From IMG/VR virus record IMGVR_UViG_3300029634_000134, positions 2,567-34,566 of that record: DNA of 32,000 nt; one strand, 5' to 3'. This document shows positions 9,803-16,069 of the stretch, one piece after another. Every line of letters begins with the position of its first letter. The first letter of the stretch is position 1. A program made the translations under genes and the position numbers. The notes below the pieces were generated by a model. The model saw only the letters and a program-made list of their open reading frames with translations. It had not been told where the DNA came from and ran no database searches. This DNA is from a virus.

Positions 9803-9835
9803 AAATAAAAGAGCCGTCCGAACTTCGGACAGCTC
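9803..9835 (-). terminator. Intrinsic terminator oriented for the minus strand, 3 nt upstream of the tape measure SD
   Basis: The stem 9811-9835 (GAGCCGTCCG/CGGACAGCTC) has one C.A mismatch on the plus strand that becomes a G.U pair on the minus strand. On the minus strand it is followed by TTTTATTT (9810-9803). Confidence 0.55.
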
Positions 9836-9857
9836 TCTCTTATTAATTTCAATTTCC

Positions 9858-9886
9858 GTGACATTTTTGTAAAATCATGGTATTAT
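9858..9886 (+). promoter_or_regulatory. Sigma70-type promoter with extended -10 for the 2-TM protein gene
   Basis: gTGACA (9858-9863), 17-nt spacer, TGg TATTAT (-10 at 9881-9886). Confidence 0.55.
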
Positions 9887-9896
9887 AAACAAAAAG

Positions 9897-10532
9897 ATGT
9901 TGAACCTTAAGGAGATGTTTGACTTGTCCGATGGAATTGTTCTATTCCTTTTTGTCTTGTTTTTCGTCATTATCTGTATCTATGTTTCTGCACTCGCAAT
10001 CGCCCTGGATTTAACACTTCAAACAAACCGGCTTTACAAGGCTTTTTCCGCGCTTTTTCTATCAACATTTGAAAAAGAGATTGATGATGCCCGTTTAAAC
10101 GATTTGACTATCCGCTCTAAAAATATATTCTCTTCCCTTTGTGGACCAGAAAAGAGTAACAATACTTTTCAAAGAAGGATCCGCAATTACCTCACTAGAC
10201 TATATGACAATCCACGCTCCGTAAAAGTGGCCTTTGACAAGCGAGATCGGGTGGCCGATCTTGTTATGGCAATGATTAACCGGATGGAAGCAACCACTCC
10301 CGAATACTCGGAGATCCCATCTAAGGCAGGCGCCATTTTTGTTCAACTGGACGAAGCCTTAACGTTAAATAACACCCTCGCCGCAAAGAGCCATTTAAAT
10401 CTGCTTTCCACTGAGGTAAAAGCCCTTTTTGAGGAAAATAGAAAGCAGCAGAAACAAACAAAGTTAGCCACCTATACTTCATTCGCCGGTATTGCGCTTA
10501 CCATTATATTTGGGATTATATCAATGAAATAG
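9897..10532 (+). CDS. Two-pass membrane protein of unknown family (about 202-211 aa)
   Basis: Visibly AT-rich ORF. It has an N-terminal hydrophobic helix (IVLFLFVLFFVIICIYVSALAIALDL), a helical soluble domain of about 150 aa, and a C-terminal helix (YTSFAGIALTIIFGIISMK). The start is ambiguous: ATG 9897 is almost leaderless relative to the promoter, while in-frame TTG 9924 lies 9 nt after AAGGAG. Confidence 0.7.
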   Translation: MLNLKEMFDLSDGIVLFLFVLFFVIICIYVSALAIALDLTLQTNRLYKAFSALFLSTFEKEIDDARLNDLTIRSKNIFSSLCGPEKSNNTFQRRIRNYLTRLYDNPRSVKVAFDKRDRVADLVMAMINRMEATTPEYSEIPSKAGAIFVQLDEALTLNNTLAAKSHLNLLSTEVKALFEENRKQQKQTKLATYTSFAGIALTIIFGIISMK

Positions 10533-10542
10533 CCCCTAAAAG

Positions 10543-10568
10543 CGCCGGCCTATCAGGTCGGCGTTTTT
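10543..10568 (+). terminator. Intrinsic terminator, possibly bidirectional
   Basis: CGCCGGCC-TATCA-GGTCGGCG stem-loop followed by TTTTT, 11 nt after the stop at 10532. On the minus strand the same stem is followed by CTTTTA. Confidence 0.65.
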
Positions 10569-10603
10569 GATGAAACAATTTGAAAGAAAATATGTGAAAA
10601 CGC

Positions 10604-10632
10604 TTGACAAATATACGTACGTATGTTATTAT
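10604..10632 (+). promoter_or_regulatory. Near-consensus sigma70 promoter for the small-peptide/RHH operon
   Basis: TTGACA (10604-10609), 17-nt spacer, TGt TATTAT (-10 at 10627-10632). Confidence 0.65.
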
Positions 10633-10655
10633 TATATCAGAAAGGAGGTCAAGCA

Positions 10656-10775
10656 TTGAGCAAGAAAAAGAAAAGCGGCAACAAGGAGCAGCCCGCCAGC
10701 TACATCACCCTTGTTACCGCCATCATCAACCTCGTGGTTTCTCTCATACTGCTGTATGAAAAGCTCACGAGTTGA
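10656..10775 (+). CDS. 39-aa membrane peptide (candidate type I toxin-like)
   Basis: TTG start 7 nt after AAAGGAGG. Translation is MSKKKKSGNKEQPASYITLVTAIINLVVSLILLYEKLTS: a Lys-rich N-terminus followed by one hydrophobic helix. Below the ORF-track cutoff. Confidence 0.5.
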   Translation: MSKKKKSGNKEQPASYITLVTAIINLVVSLILLYEKLTS

Positions 10776-10778
10776 GGC

Positions 10779-10798
10779 GAGGGGGAGCAATCCCCCTC
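10779..10798. promoter_or_regulatory. Stable 8-bp stem-loop between the two peptide ORFs
   Basis: GAGGGGGA-GCAA-TCCCCCTC is a perfect stem with a GNRA-type loop on the plus strand and no U-tract. It coincides with the predicted 5' end of the antisense transcript. Confidence 0.5.
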
Positions 10799-10805
10799 CC
10801 CTCAG

Positions 10806-10834
10806 ATGATAGCAAATAAGCCGCTCAATGTCAA
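10806..10834 (-). promoter_or_regulatory. Antisense promoter convergent on the 39-aa peptide gene
   Basis: Minus strand reads TTGACA (10834-10829), 17-nt spacer, TATCAT (10811-10806). The predicted start near 10799 is the first base of the 10798-10779 hairpin. Confidence 0.5.
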
Positions 10835-10839
10835 ACACT

Positions 10840-10938
10840 ATGGATACTTTGGTTTATGTGCTCCTTGGAATCAACATCGTTCTTTCCATCGTCGCCATCA
10901 TTCTGTCCGTCAAGGCCATCCGGAACGGGAGGAAATAA
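10840..10938 (+). CDS. 32-aa membrane peptide
   Basis: Translation is MDTLVYVLLGINIVLSIVAIILSVKAIRNGRK: one hydrophobic helix plus a basic tail. The stop lies 1 nt before the RHH gene ATG. No obvious SD, so confidence is low. Confidence 0.4.
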   Translation: MDTLVYVLLGINIVLSIVAIILSVKAIRNGRK

Positions 10939-10939
10939 T

Positions 10940-11266
10940 ATGCTGGAAGAGAGCAAGTATAAATCCCAAATGAAAAACCTGCGTAAGAACTATGTCCGCT
11001 TTCCCTTGGACCTGAAACCGGAAGTTCTGGACGGCTTCAAAGCTGCCTGTTCGGCCAACGGGACCACCCCCACTACGGAAATCAAAAAATTTATTGCCCG
11101 ATACTGCGCTAAATATGGCCGGGGCGTTCCCGGTCTGACGACGGACGTCGAAGTTGAACTTCCCGCCAACCTTGCCCGCTTCGCCACTGAACAAGGCATT
11201 GACTTAAATGACTTTTTGGTTGACTTATTGACTGAAAAGCTGGGTTCAGATGGAGAAAAAACATGA
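10940..11266 (+). CDS. Tandem ribbon-helix-helix (Arc/CopG-like) DNA-binding protein (108 aa)
   Basis: Internal ATG of track ORF 10856..11266, preceded by GGGAGG. Two strand-helix-helix units can be read: YVRFPLDLKPEVLDGFKAACSANGTTPTTEIKKFIARY and VEVELPANLARFATEQGIDLNDFLVDLLTEKL. Confidence 0.65.
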   Translation: MLEESKYKSQMKNLRKNYVRFPLDLKPEVLDGFKAACSANGTTPTTEIKKFIARYCAKYGRGVPGLTTDVEVELPANLARFATEQGIDLNDFLVDLLTEKLGSDGEKT

Positions 11267-11772
11267 CGTTCCACGGCATGAGCGGCACACGTCTCTACCG
11301 CATTTACAGCGGAATGAAACAGCGTTGCTACAACCCCCACGCTCCTCAATACTCCCGTTATGGTGGGCGTGGTATCACCGTCTGCCCTGCATGGCTTGGC
11401 CCCGAAGGGTTCCAGCACTTTTATAAATGGGCGATGGAACATGGTTACAAAGACCCGCTTACGATTGACCGAATCAACTCAAATCAGGGTTATGCGCCGG
11501 AAAATTGCCAATGGCTCACTTTGAGCGACAATTCCTCAAAGGCCCAGCGAGAAAAGAGCCTTCGCCGTTGGGACGGACACGGACCGCATGCGTTGCCAGA
11601 CATGAGCAAATGCTCTCTTTTCGTCCAGGGACTTTTGAAAAAAGGATGGCGGCCCGCTTTTGCGTCTGCCGACCAAGTCCTTCTTAAAAAGGGCCATCAA
11701 AAAATTACGGTTCCTATCAAAGACGAGCCAAAGGAAAAAATAAAGCAACTGCTGTCTCCCATCATCAAATAG
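11263..11772 (+). CDS. Phage-type DNA-binding protein of the YGGRGI...IDRI-N-x-Y-x-x-NCxW (degenerate HNH/AP2-like) family, with a C-terminal extension
   Basis: The N-terminus TRLYRIYSGMKQRCYNPHAPQYSRYGGRGITVCPAWL...LTIDRINSNQGYAPENCQWLT matches a widespread phage family often annotated as HNH endonuclease but lacking the first catalytic His. The ATG overlaps the stop of the RHH gene (ATGA at 11263-11266). Confidence 0.75.
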   Translation: MTFHGMSGTRLYRIYSGMKQRCYNPHAPQYSRYGGRGITVCPAWLGPEGFQHFYKWAMEHGYKDPLTIDRINSNQGYAPENCQWLTLSDNSSKAQREKSLRRWDGHGPHALPDMSKCSLFVQGLLKKGWRPAFASADQVLLKKGHQKITVPIKDEPKEKIKQLLSPIIK

Positions 11773-11804
11773 CCGGAGGCCCCCACGGGCCCCCGGCTTT
11801 TCTT
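11771..11804 (+). terminator. Intrinsic terminator ending the plus-strand island
   Basis: The stem GCCGGAGGCCC/GGGCCCCCGGC has 10 bp plus one A.C mismatch and a CCAC loop. It is followed by TTTTCTT and starts at the stop codon of 11263..11772. Confidence 0.7.
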
Positions 11805-11807
11805 GTC

Positions 11808-11915
11808 CTATGGGATATCCGGAAGCATTTCCTCGTCGTCCACCGCTCTGGCCTCCCTGGCCCCCTTGCTGATATTGTAGCAGGCAATGAGGTCCAACAG
11901 CTCCCCGTATGGCAT
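11808..11915 (-). CDS. 35-aa ORF in the -1 frame of the tail chaperone (gpT-like tail or independent small protein)
   Basis: Translation is MPYGELLDLIACYNISKGAREARAVDDEEMLPDIP. GGGAGGTG lies 6 nt upstream of ATG 11915. The same frame is open upstream back to the A7 slippery run at 12003-12009. Confidence 0.45.
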   Translation of the reverse strand: MPYGELLDLIACYNISKGAREARAVDDEEMLPDIP

Positions 11916-11947
11916 ACACCACACCTCCCGCTGAGAGAGACCTATCT

Positions 11948-12397
11948 TCAGTCCGAGGTAGAGGCACCACGCAAAGGTTCCTCCCCCTGCGTGGCCGCCC
12001 CGTTTTTTTCGCCGTCCTCCGGCTCAGTCTCCACGGTGCGAGTCATGCTGCGGTTCATCGTGGCGAACACTTTCTTCATCAGCCCATTTATGTCGATGCC
12101 ATCCATGAGAATGGAAATTTCCTCCTGGGTGGGAGCCGTGTCATTGGCCCCCTCCAAAAGGTTCCGCCTCGCAACCCCCTGATTCACCAGCAGGGCCAGC
12201 ATCCAAAACAGGTTTTCCATCAGATTCGCTTCGTCGTTCCCTGGAAAAAGCGTGTTCATTTTTTCCAGAGAGCCACACCGTCCCACCACGGCCTGGGTCG
12301 CCGCCAGAGAGAAAACCATGGGGTAATCCTTTCCCCCGATAGAGACGGAAGGGTAATCCCGGCCAGCCAGACAAATGGTATCCTTCACCCCATCCAT
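11948..12397 (-). CDS. Tail assembly chaperone (gpG-like)
   Basis: 149-aa acidic protein directly downstream of the major tail protein gene. A slippery heptamer lies near its 3' end. Confidence 0.7.
   Translation of the reverse strand: MDGVKDTICLAGRDYPSVSIGGKDYPMVFSLAATQAVVGRCGSLEKMNTLFPGNDEANLMENLFWMLALLVNQGVARRNLLEGANDTAPTQEEISILMDGIDINGLMKKVFATMNRSMTRTVETEPEDGEKNGAATQGEEPLRGASTSD
12002..12008 (-). promoter_or_regulatory. Candidate -1 programmed frameshift heptamer A_AAA_AAC
   Basis: In the chaperone frame the codons are GAA AAA AAC, giving X_XXY_YYZ. The -1 frame then runs stop-free for about 65 codons to the TAG at 11808-11810. Confidence 0.4.
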
Positions 12398-12409
12398 GCC
12401 GCCGCCCCC

Positions 12410-13282
12410 TTACGCCCCGGCGGTCTTAGTGACCGTCACGGTGTACACCTTCTTGGCCCCGCCGTTGGTGACGGTGATGGTGACAGTGTTTTCCCCCTCC
12501 GCCCAGGTGGCGGCGGTGCCATTGGCGACGGTGGTCCCGCCCACGTCGATGGTCACAGCGGCGCCGGTGGCGGCGGTGGCCGTGATGGTGTTGGTGGCGT
12601 TGGCGGTCTCGGCGGCATACAGGGTCACCGCCGGGTCAAAGGCCGGGGTCAGGGTGAGGCTTCCCAGGCTCAGGCCGGTCAAAGCGGCGCTCTCCTCCAC
12701 GATGTTCAGCTTCTGCTTGATGTAGGCCCTGGCAAGCGCCTCGCTCTCCACCGTGGCCTCCATTTTCCAGTTGTGCTCCTCGGTGTCGTCCCGCATGATG
12801 GTGCCCTCCAGCTTGGGGGTCTGCCACTCGATTTTCTCCCCCATGGTCTTGGCGCTGTCCTCGGGCACACTGAACTTGACCTTGGGCAGGACCACCGCAC
12901 GGAAGAGTAGCTTGCCGTCCTTCTTCTTGGGAATGATGATGCCCATGCCCAGATCGGGGTCCTTCCGGTTCTCCCCGAAGGCCAGCTCCATCACGGTCTT
13001 TTCCCCCACCTTCACCTCACGGGGCTCCACCCCGAGAATGGCGGCGCCGACCTCCTGGGTCAAATCATCGGTGGTGATGCTCACCGTGCCGCCCGCAAAA
13101 CTGGTGTCACTCTCGGCCACCCCGTCGTCGGCATAAAGGTTATTGTCGCTTGCGCTCTCGATCTTGGCGGAAAACTCCACCGCCTTGCCCAGCAGACCGC
13201 CGCCGGAATAGCTCACGGCGCCCGTCACCGGGTCCACGGTGTATTTGGCGAAATAGGGAGATCTCAGTCCGATCCCTGCCAT
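12410..13282 (-). CDS. Major tail protein with a C-terminal Ig/cadherin-like decoration domain
   Basis: Position between the neck genes and the chaperone. ATG 13282 lies 8 nt after GAAGGAG. The C-terminal part, LTGLSLGSLTLTPAFDPAVTLYAAE...TVTITVTNGGAKKVYTVTVTK, looks like a cadherin-like beta-sandwich repeat. Confidence 0.8.
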   Translation of the reverse strand: MAGIGLRSPYFAKYTVDPVTGAVSYSGGGLLGKAVEFSAKIESASDNNLYADDGVAESDTSFAGGTVSITTDDLTQEVGAAILGVEPREVKVGEKTVMELAFGENRKDPDLGMGIIIPKKKDGKLLFRAVVLPKVKFSVPEDSAKTMGEKIEWQTPKLEGTIMRDDTEEHNWKMEATVESEALARAYIKQKLNIVEESAALTGLSLGSLTLTPAFDPAVTLYAAETANATNTITATAATGAAVTIDVGGTTVANGTAATWAEGENTVTITVTNGGAKKVYTVTVTKTAGA

Positions 13283-13287
13283 ATCAA

Positions 13288-13770
13288 TCACTCCTTCATT
13301 GTTTTCTGAATTTCTTCCTCGACCACACGGCCCATCTCCGCCTCCGCCTTTTTCCTCACGGCGGTAACGGCGGGCCGGACAAAGGGCGTTTTTTGCCGCA
13401 CAGAAGACCCGCTTTCAACGGCTCGGGCCAACAGTTGATTCGGCACACCCTTCGGATATTTCTTGGTCGGATTGGAGCCGTACCCGTCAAATCCGACCTT
13501 GGCGCTAATGTATCCGTCTCCGCCAATCTGGATCGGCGTAATCCCAAAGGATTCCTCCAAATCCCGCTTTTGCCGGGCTGGAAGGCCGGAAAAAAGCTCT
13601 CTCTTCCCCAAGCGCCGAAAGCGCTCCTCCGGCAAAGCAGTCAGATTCTTTTTCACTGCGTCGGCCACGATCCCGGCCCCGGCGTAAACTGACTTTTTCG
13701 CAATCTCCTCCGACCCGGAGGCCAGCTTGGAGAGCTTGAGGGCGTATTCCTCCCCCAGCTTGAGCGTCAT
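13288..13770 (-). CDS. HK97 gp10-like neck/tail completion protein
   Basis: Internal ATG 13770 overlaps the upstream stop (ATGA). The sequence MTLKLGEEYALKLSKL...PFVRPAV and the position fit the gp10 family. Confidence 0.65.
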   Translation of the reverse strand: MTLKLGEEYALKLSKLASGSEEIAKKSVYAGAGIVADAVKKNLTALPEERFRRLGKRELFSGLPARQKRDLEESFGITPIQIGGDGYISAKVGFDGYGSNPTKKYPKGVPNQLLARAVESGSSVRQKTPFVRPAVTAVRKKAEAEMGRVVEEEIQKTMKE

Positions 13771-14102
13771 GTGTCCCACGGTGCCATCGCCCCTTCCCAC
13801 ACCCACTCATAGTGATAAAGCCGGGCTTCATCCTCATACTGGATGCTGTTCAGCCGCCACGCCATTCCGGCTTGTGTCAGCACGGTCTGGACCTTTCCGG
13901 CCAGCGGATCGTATTCCCGCTGTGTGAAAAGGTCCACCGTGCCTTGCAGGGCCATGTCCTCCCCGGCGTTATCGGCATAGACGCTTTCTCCCTGGCTGTC
14001 CTCCGCCCATACCAAATAGGGCGCCGTCGGACACCGGGCGGAAAAGTGGGACACGTCCGGCGTTACGGCTCTTAGCCGGGCCTCAAATTCCCGCAAGGTC
14101 AA
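13767..14102 (-). CDS. Neck/head-tail joining protein (family not recognised)
   Basis: Track ORF 13767..14156. I favour TTG 14102, which lies 6 nt after AAAGGGTGGGGA and has a shorter overlap with the upstream gene than the track start. Confidence 0.5.
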   Translation of the reverse strand: MTLREFEARLRAVTPDVSHFSARCPTAPYLVWAEDSQGESVYADNAGEDMALQGTVDLFTQREYDPLAGKVQTVLTQAGMAWRLNSIQYEDEARLYHYEWVWEGAMAPWDT

Positions 14103-14397
14103 AGTGCGTCCCCACCCTTTCCAGGGACAGGTCTGTGACCTGGAGCCCGTCTTCATCCAAGGTGTGCTGGACCTGGAGGATACGGTACTGATTCTCCCCG
14201 ATGCCGCACATGTCGGAAGTGAGGACGTCCCGGTCCCTCCAGATACGCACCAGAAGGTCCGTCCTGAGGTTTTCCGCCAAGGAGGCGTAATAGCGGCTCA
14301 TTCCAACCGTGCGTTCTCCATAGGGATGTTCCCGCAGAGGGACCCACCCCTGTTTCGTCTCCCGGTAGAGCTTCAGCCGCCCACTGTCAAACAGCAT
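14083..14397 (-). CDS. Head closure / head-tail adaptor protein
   Basis: 104 aa. The motif style (VRIWRDRDVLTSDM...YRILQV) and the position after the gp6-like gene fit this role. Confidence 0.65.
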   Translation of the reverse strand: MLFDSGRLKLYRETKQGWVPLREHPYGERTVGMSRYYASLAENLRTDLLVRIWRDRDVLTSDMCGIGENQYRILQVQHTLDEDGLQVTDLSLERVGTHFDLAGI

Positions 14398-14677
14398 CGC
14401 TCCCGCCTCCCACCGCCTGGGCCACTATGAGATCGTGCCGCATCCGCCGCAAGAACTCCGGTTCGGCCTCGCCGTTCACCCGCTTGCGGTACATCCAGGC
14501 TGCGGTCCCAACGGTCAAATAGGCGCAGTCCTCACCGGAATCGTCCCGGACGCCCTGCCGCTCCAGGTGCTTTTTGGCCGCCCGGAGCAGCAGGCGCAAA
14601 TAATCTTCGTCCCCCAGGTCGGCGCCGGTGCGCTGAAGGTCGATTTTCAACAGCGTCAAAAGCTCGTCTTCGCCCAT
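14387..14677 (-). CDS. gp6-like head-tail connector protein
   Basis: 96 aa immediately after the capsid gene. It has the LLKIDLQRTGADLGDEDYLRLLLRAAKKHLE pattern typical of this family. Confidence 0.7.
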   Translation of the reverse strand: MGEDELLTLLKIDLQRTGADLGDEDYLRLLLRAAKKHLERQGVRDDSGEDCAYLTVGTAAWMYRKRVNGEAEPEFLRRMRHDLIVAQAVGGGSDAV

Positions 14678-14689
14678 CGGCGCACCTCT

Positions 14690-16069
14690 TTACTTTCCGG
14701 AGTTGGCGGGCGCCACAGGCTCGGTCTGGCCGGCGAAGTCCACACTGGTGGTCGGGGCCTTACCGGAGATGTTCAGTCCCACGAAGCCTTCGGGGATGGC
14801 AGGAACACCGTCATACCGGGCGGTCCCTTTGAAGATGGTCTGGTCCTCGACGAACCGGGCGTGCTCACTCTGGCCGATGGCCGCACCGGCCCGCTCGGCC
14901 AGCAGGTAGAGGTCGCCGTAACCGCCCACCACGTCGCCGTCGGGGATGAAGTCCAGCTCCACAATGTCGCCGCCCACAATAGGCATCGTCCCATTCTGGG
15001 CGGAGACAACGGCCCCGGCGGCGTTGAAGGTGACGGCCTCCGCCTGAAGCATGGTCTTGGTGGTCTCGCTCATAGCCCAGAACTTGACCCCCCGGCTGAA
15101 CTTGCCCTTGGCTTTGCCGGAGGCCAGCACCAGAGCCTTGAACAGATCCACACCGCTCTTGCCGCTGATGGTAACCAGGTTGCTGGTATGCAGGTCTTCC
15201 CAGGGCCGGGCGGTGGCGGAATAATCGGAGGGCTTGGCGGTCTGGGCCAGCCGGGTCATGACGCCCAGGGGCATCTTGACGCCCTTGCCGTACAGCACGG
15301 CCTTGTCCAGGGCGTAGCCGATGGCCTGCCCCAGAGCGGTGATGATCTCAGAGGCCAGGGCAATGTCGGAATCCTCCATCGTGGCGTTGCACACGGCGAT
15401 AAAGCCGCCCACCTTGTAGCCGTCCACCTCCACGTTGTTGAAGGTAAGGGACAGCTCATTCAGACTGGCGCACATCTCCGTCCAAACGCCCTCGGGGATG
15501 GTCCCCATGATGTTCTGGCGGGCCTTGCCGGGTACAGGCCTGACATTGACATACTTGTAGAGCTTGCTGTACCCCTGGACCTGCTCCCGAATCAGGCCCA
15601 GCATCACCTCGGGGATCAACAGCTCCGAGCCGTTGATGGCCCGCTTCTGTCCGGCCAGCTCCCGCACCCGCACGAGGAAGTCTTTCACATCCTCCCTCGC
15701 CAGGAAGGCGTCCCGCCGCTCCATGGTCATACCGAAAAACGCTCTCGTCTCCATCTGAACCTCTCCCTTTCTCTCCTGTCCGCCGGTGGGGGCGGGCTTC
15801 TTCCGCTCCAACGCCTCCACCTCGGTTTCGATTTCTTTGATCTCGCCCTCCAGGGCGGTGGCCGCCTTCTCGTTGGCGTCCTTATCCCGGTCATACTGCT
15901 CCACGGCCTCTTCCACGGCCTGCTTCTCCTCGTCGCTCCGGGCCTCGTCGATATCCTTTTCCAACTCGGCCTCCCGCCGCTGGAAGTCCTCGGCCTGCCG
16001 CCGCAGCTCTTCCAGCTCCGTGCGCTTCTCCTCCAGCTTCTTGCGAAGCATCAATACCTTCAGCGCCAT
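14690..16069 (-). CDS. Major capsid protein, HK97 family, with an N-terminal coiled-coil delta domain
   Basis: 459 aa. The N-terminus is rich in charged, coiled-coil-style sequence. It directly follows the prohead protease gene. Confidence 0.9.
   Translation of the reverse strand: MALKVLMLRKKLEEKRTELEELRRQAEDFQRREAELEKDIDEARSDEEKQAVEEAVEQYDRDKDANEKAATALEGEIKEIETEVEALERKKPAPTGGQERKGEVQMETRAFFGMTMERRDAFLAREDVKDFLVRVRELAGQKRAINGSELLIPEVMLGLIREQVQGYSKLYKYVNVRPVPGKARQNIMGTIPEGVWTEMCASLNELSLTFNNVEVDGYKVGGFIAVCNATMEDSDIALASEIITALGQAIGYALDKAVLYGKGVKMPLGVMTRLAQTAKPSDYSATARPWEDLHTSNLVTISGKSGVDLFKALVLASGKAKGKFSRGVKFWAMSETTKTMLQAEAVTFNAAGAVVSAQNGTMPIVGGDIVELDFIPDGDVVGGYGDLYLLAERAGAAIGQSEHARFVEDQTIFKGTARYDGVPAIPEGFVGLNISGKAPTTSVDFAGQTEPVAPANSGK

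Noticed and set aside
10632-10838. 68-aa minus-strand ORF antisense to the small-peptide genes
   Set aside because: No SD. The region is better explained by the plus-strand peptide ORF with its consensus promoter and SD, and by a non-coding antisense transcript.
11536-11970. 144-aa minus-strand ORF overlapping the 3' part of 11263..11772
   Set aside because: The product is Gly/Arg/Gln-rich, it crosses the terminator, and it overlaps a recognisable plus-strand gene. It is a different frame from the frameshift frame.
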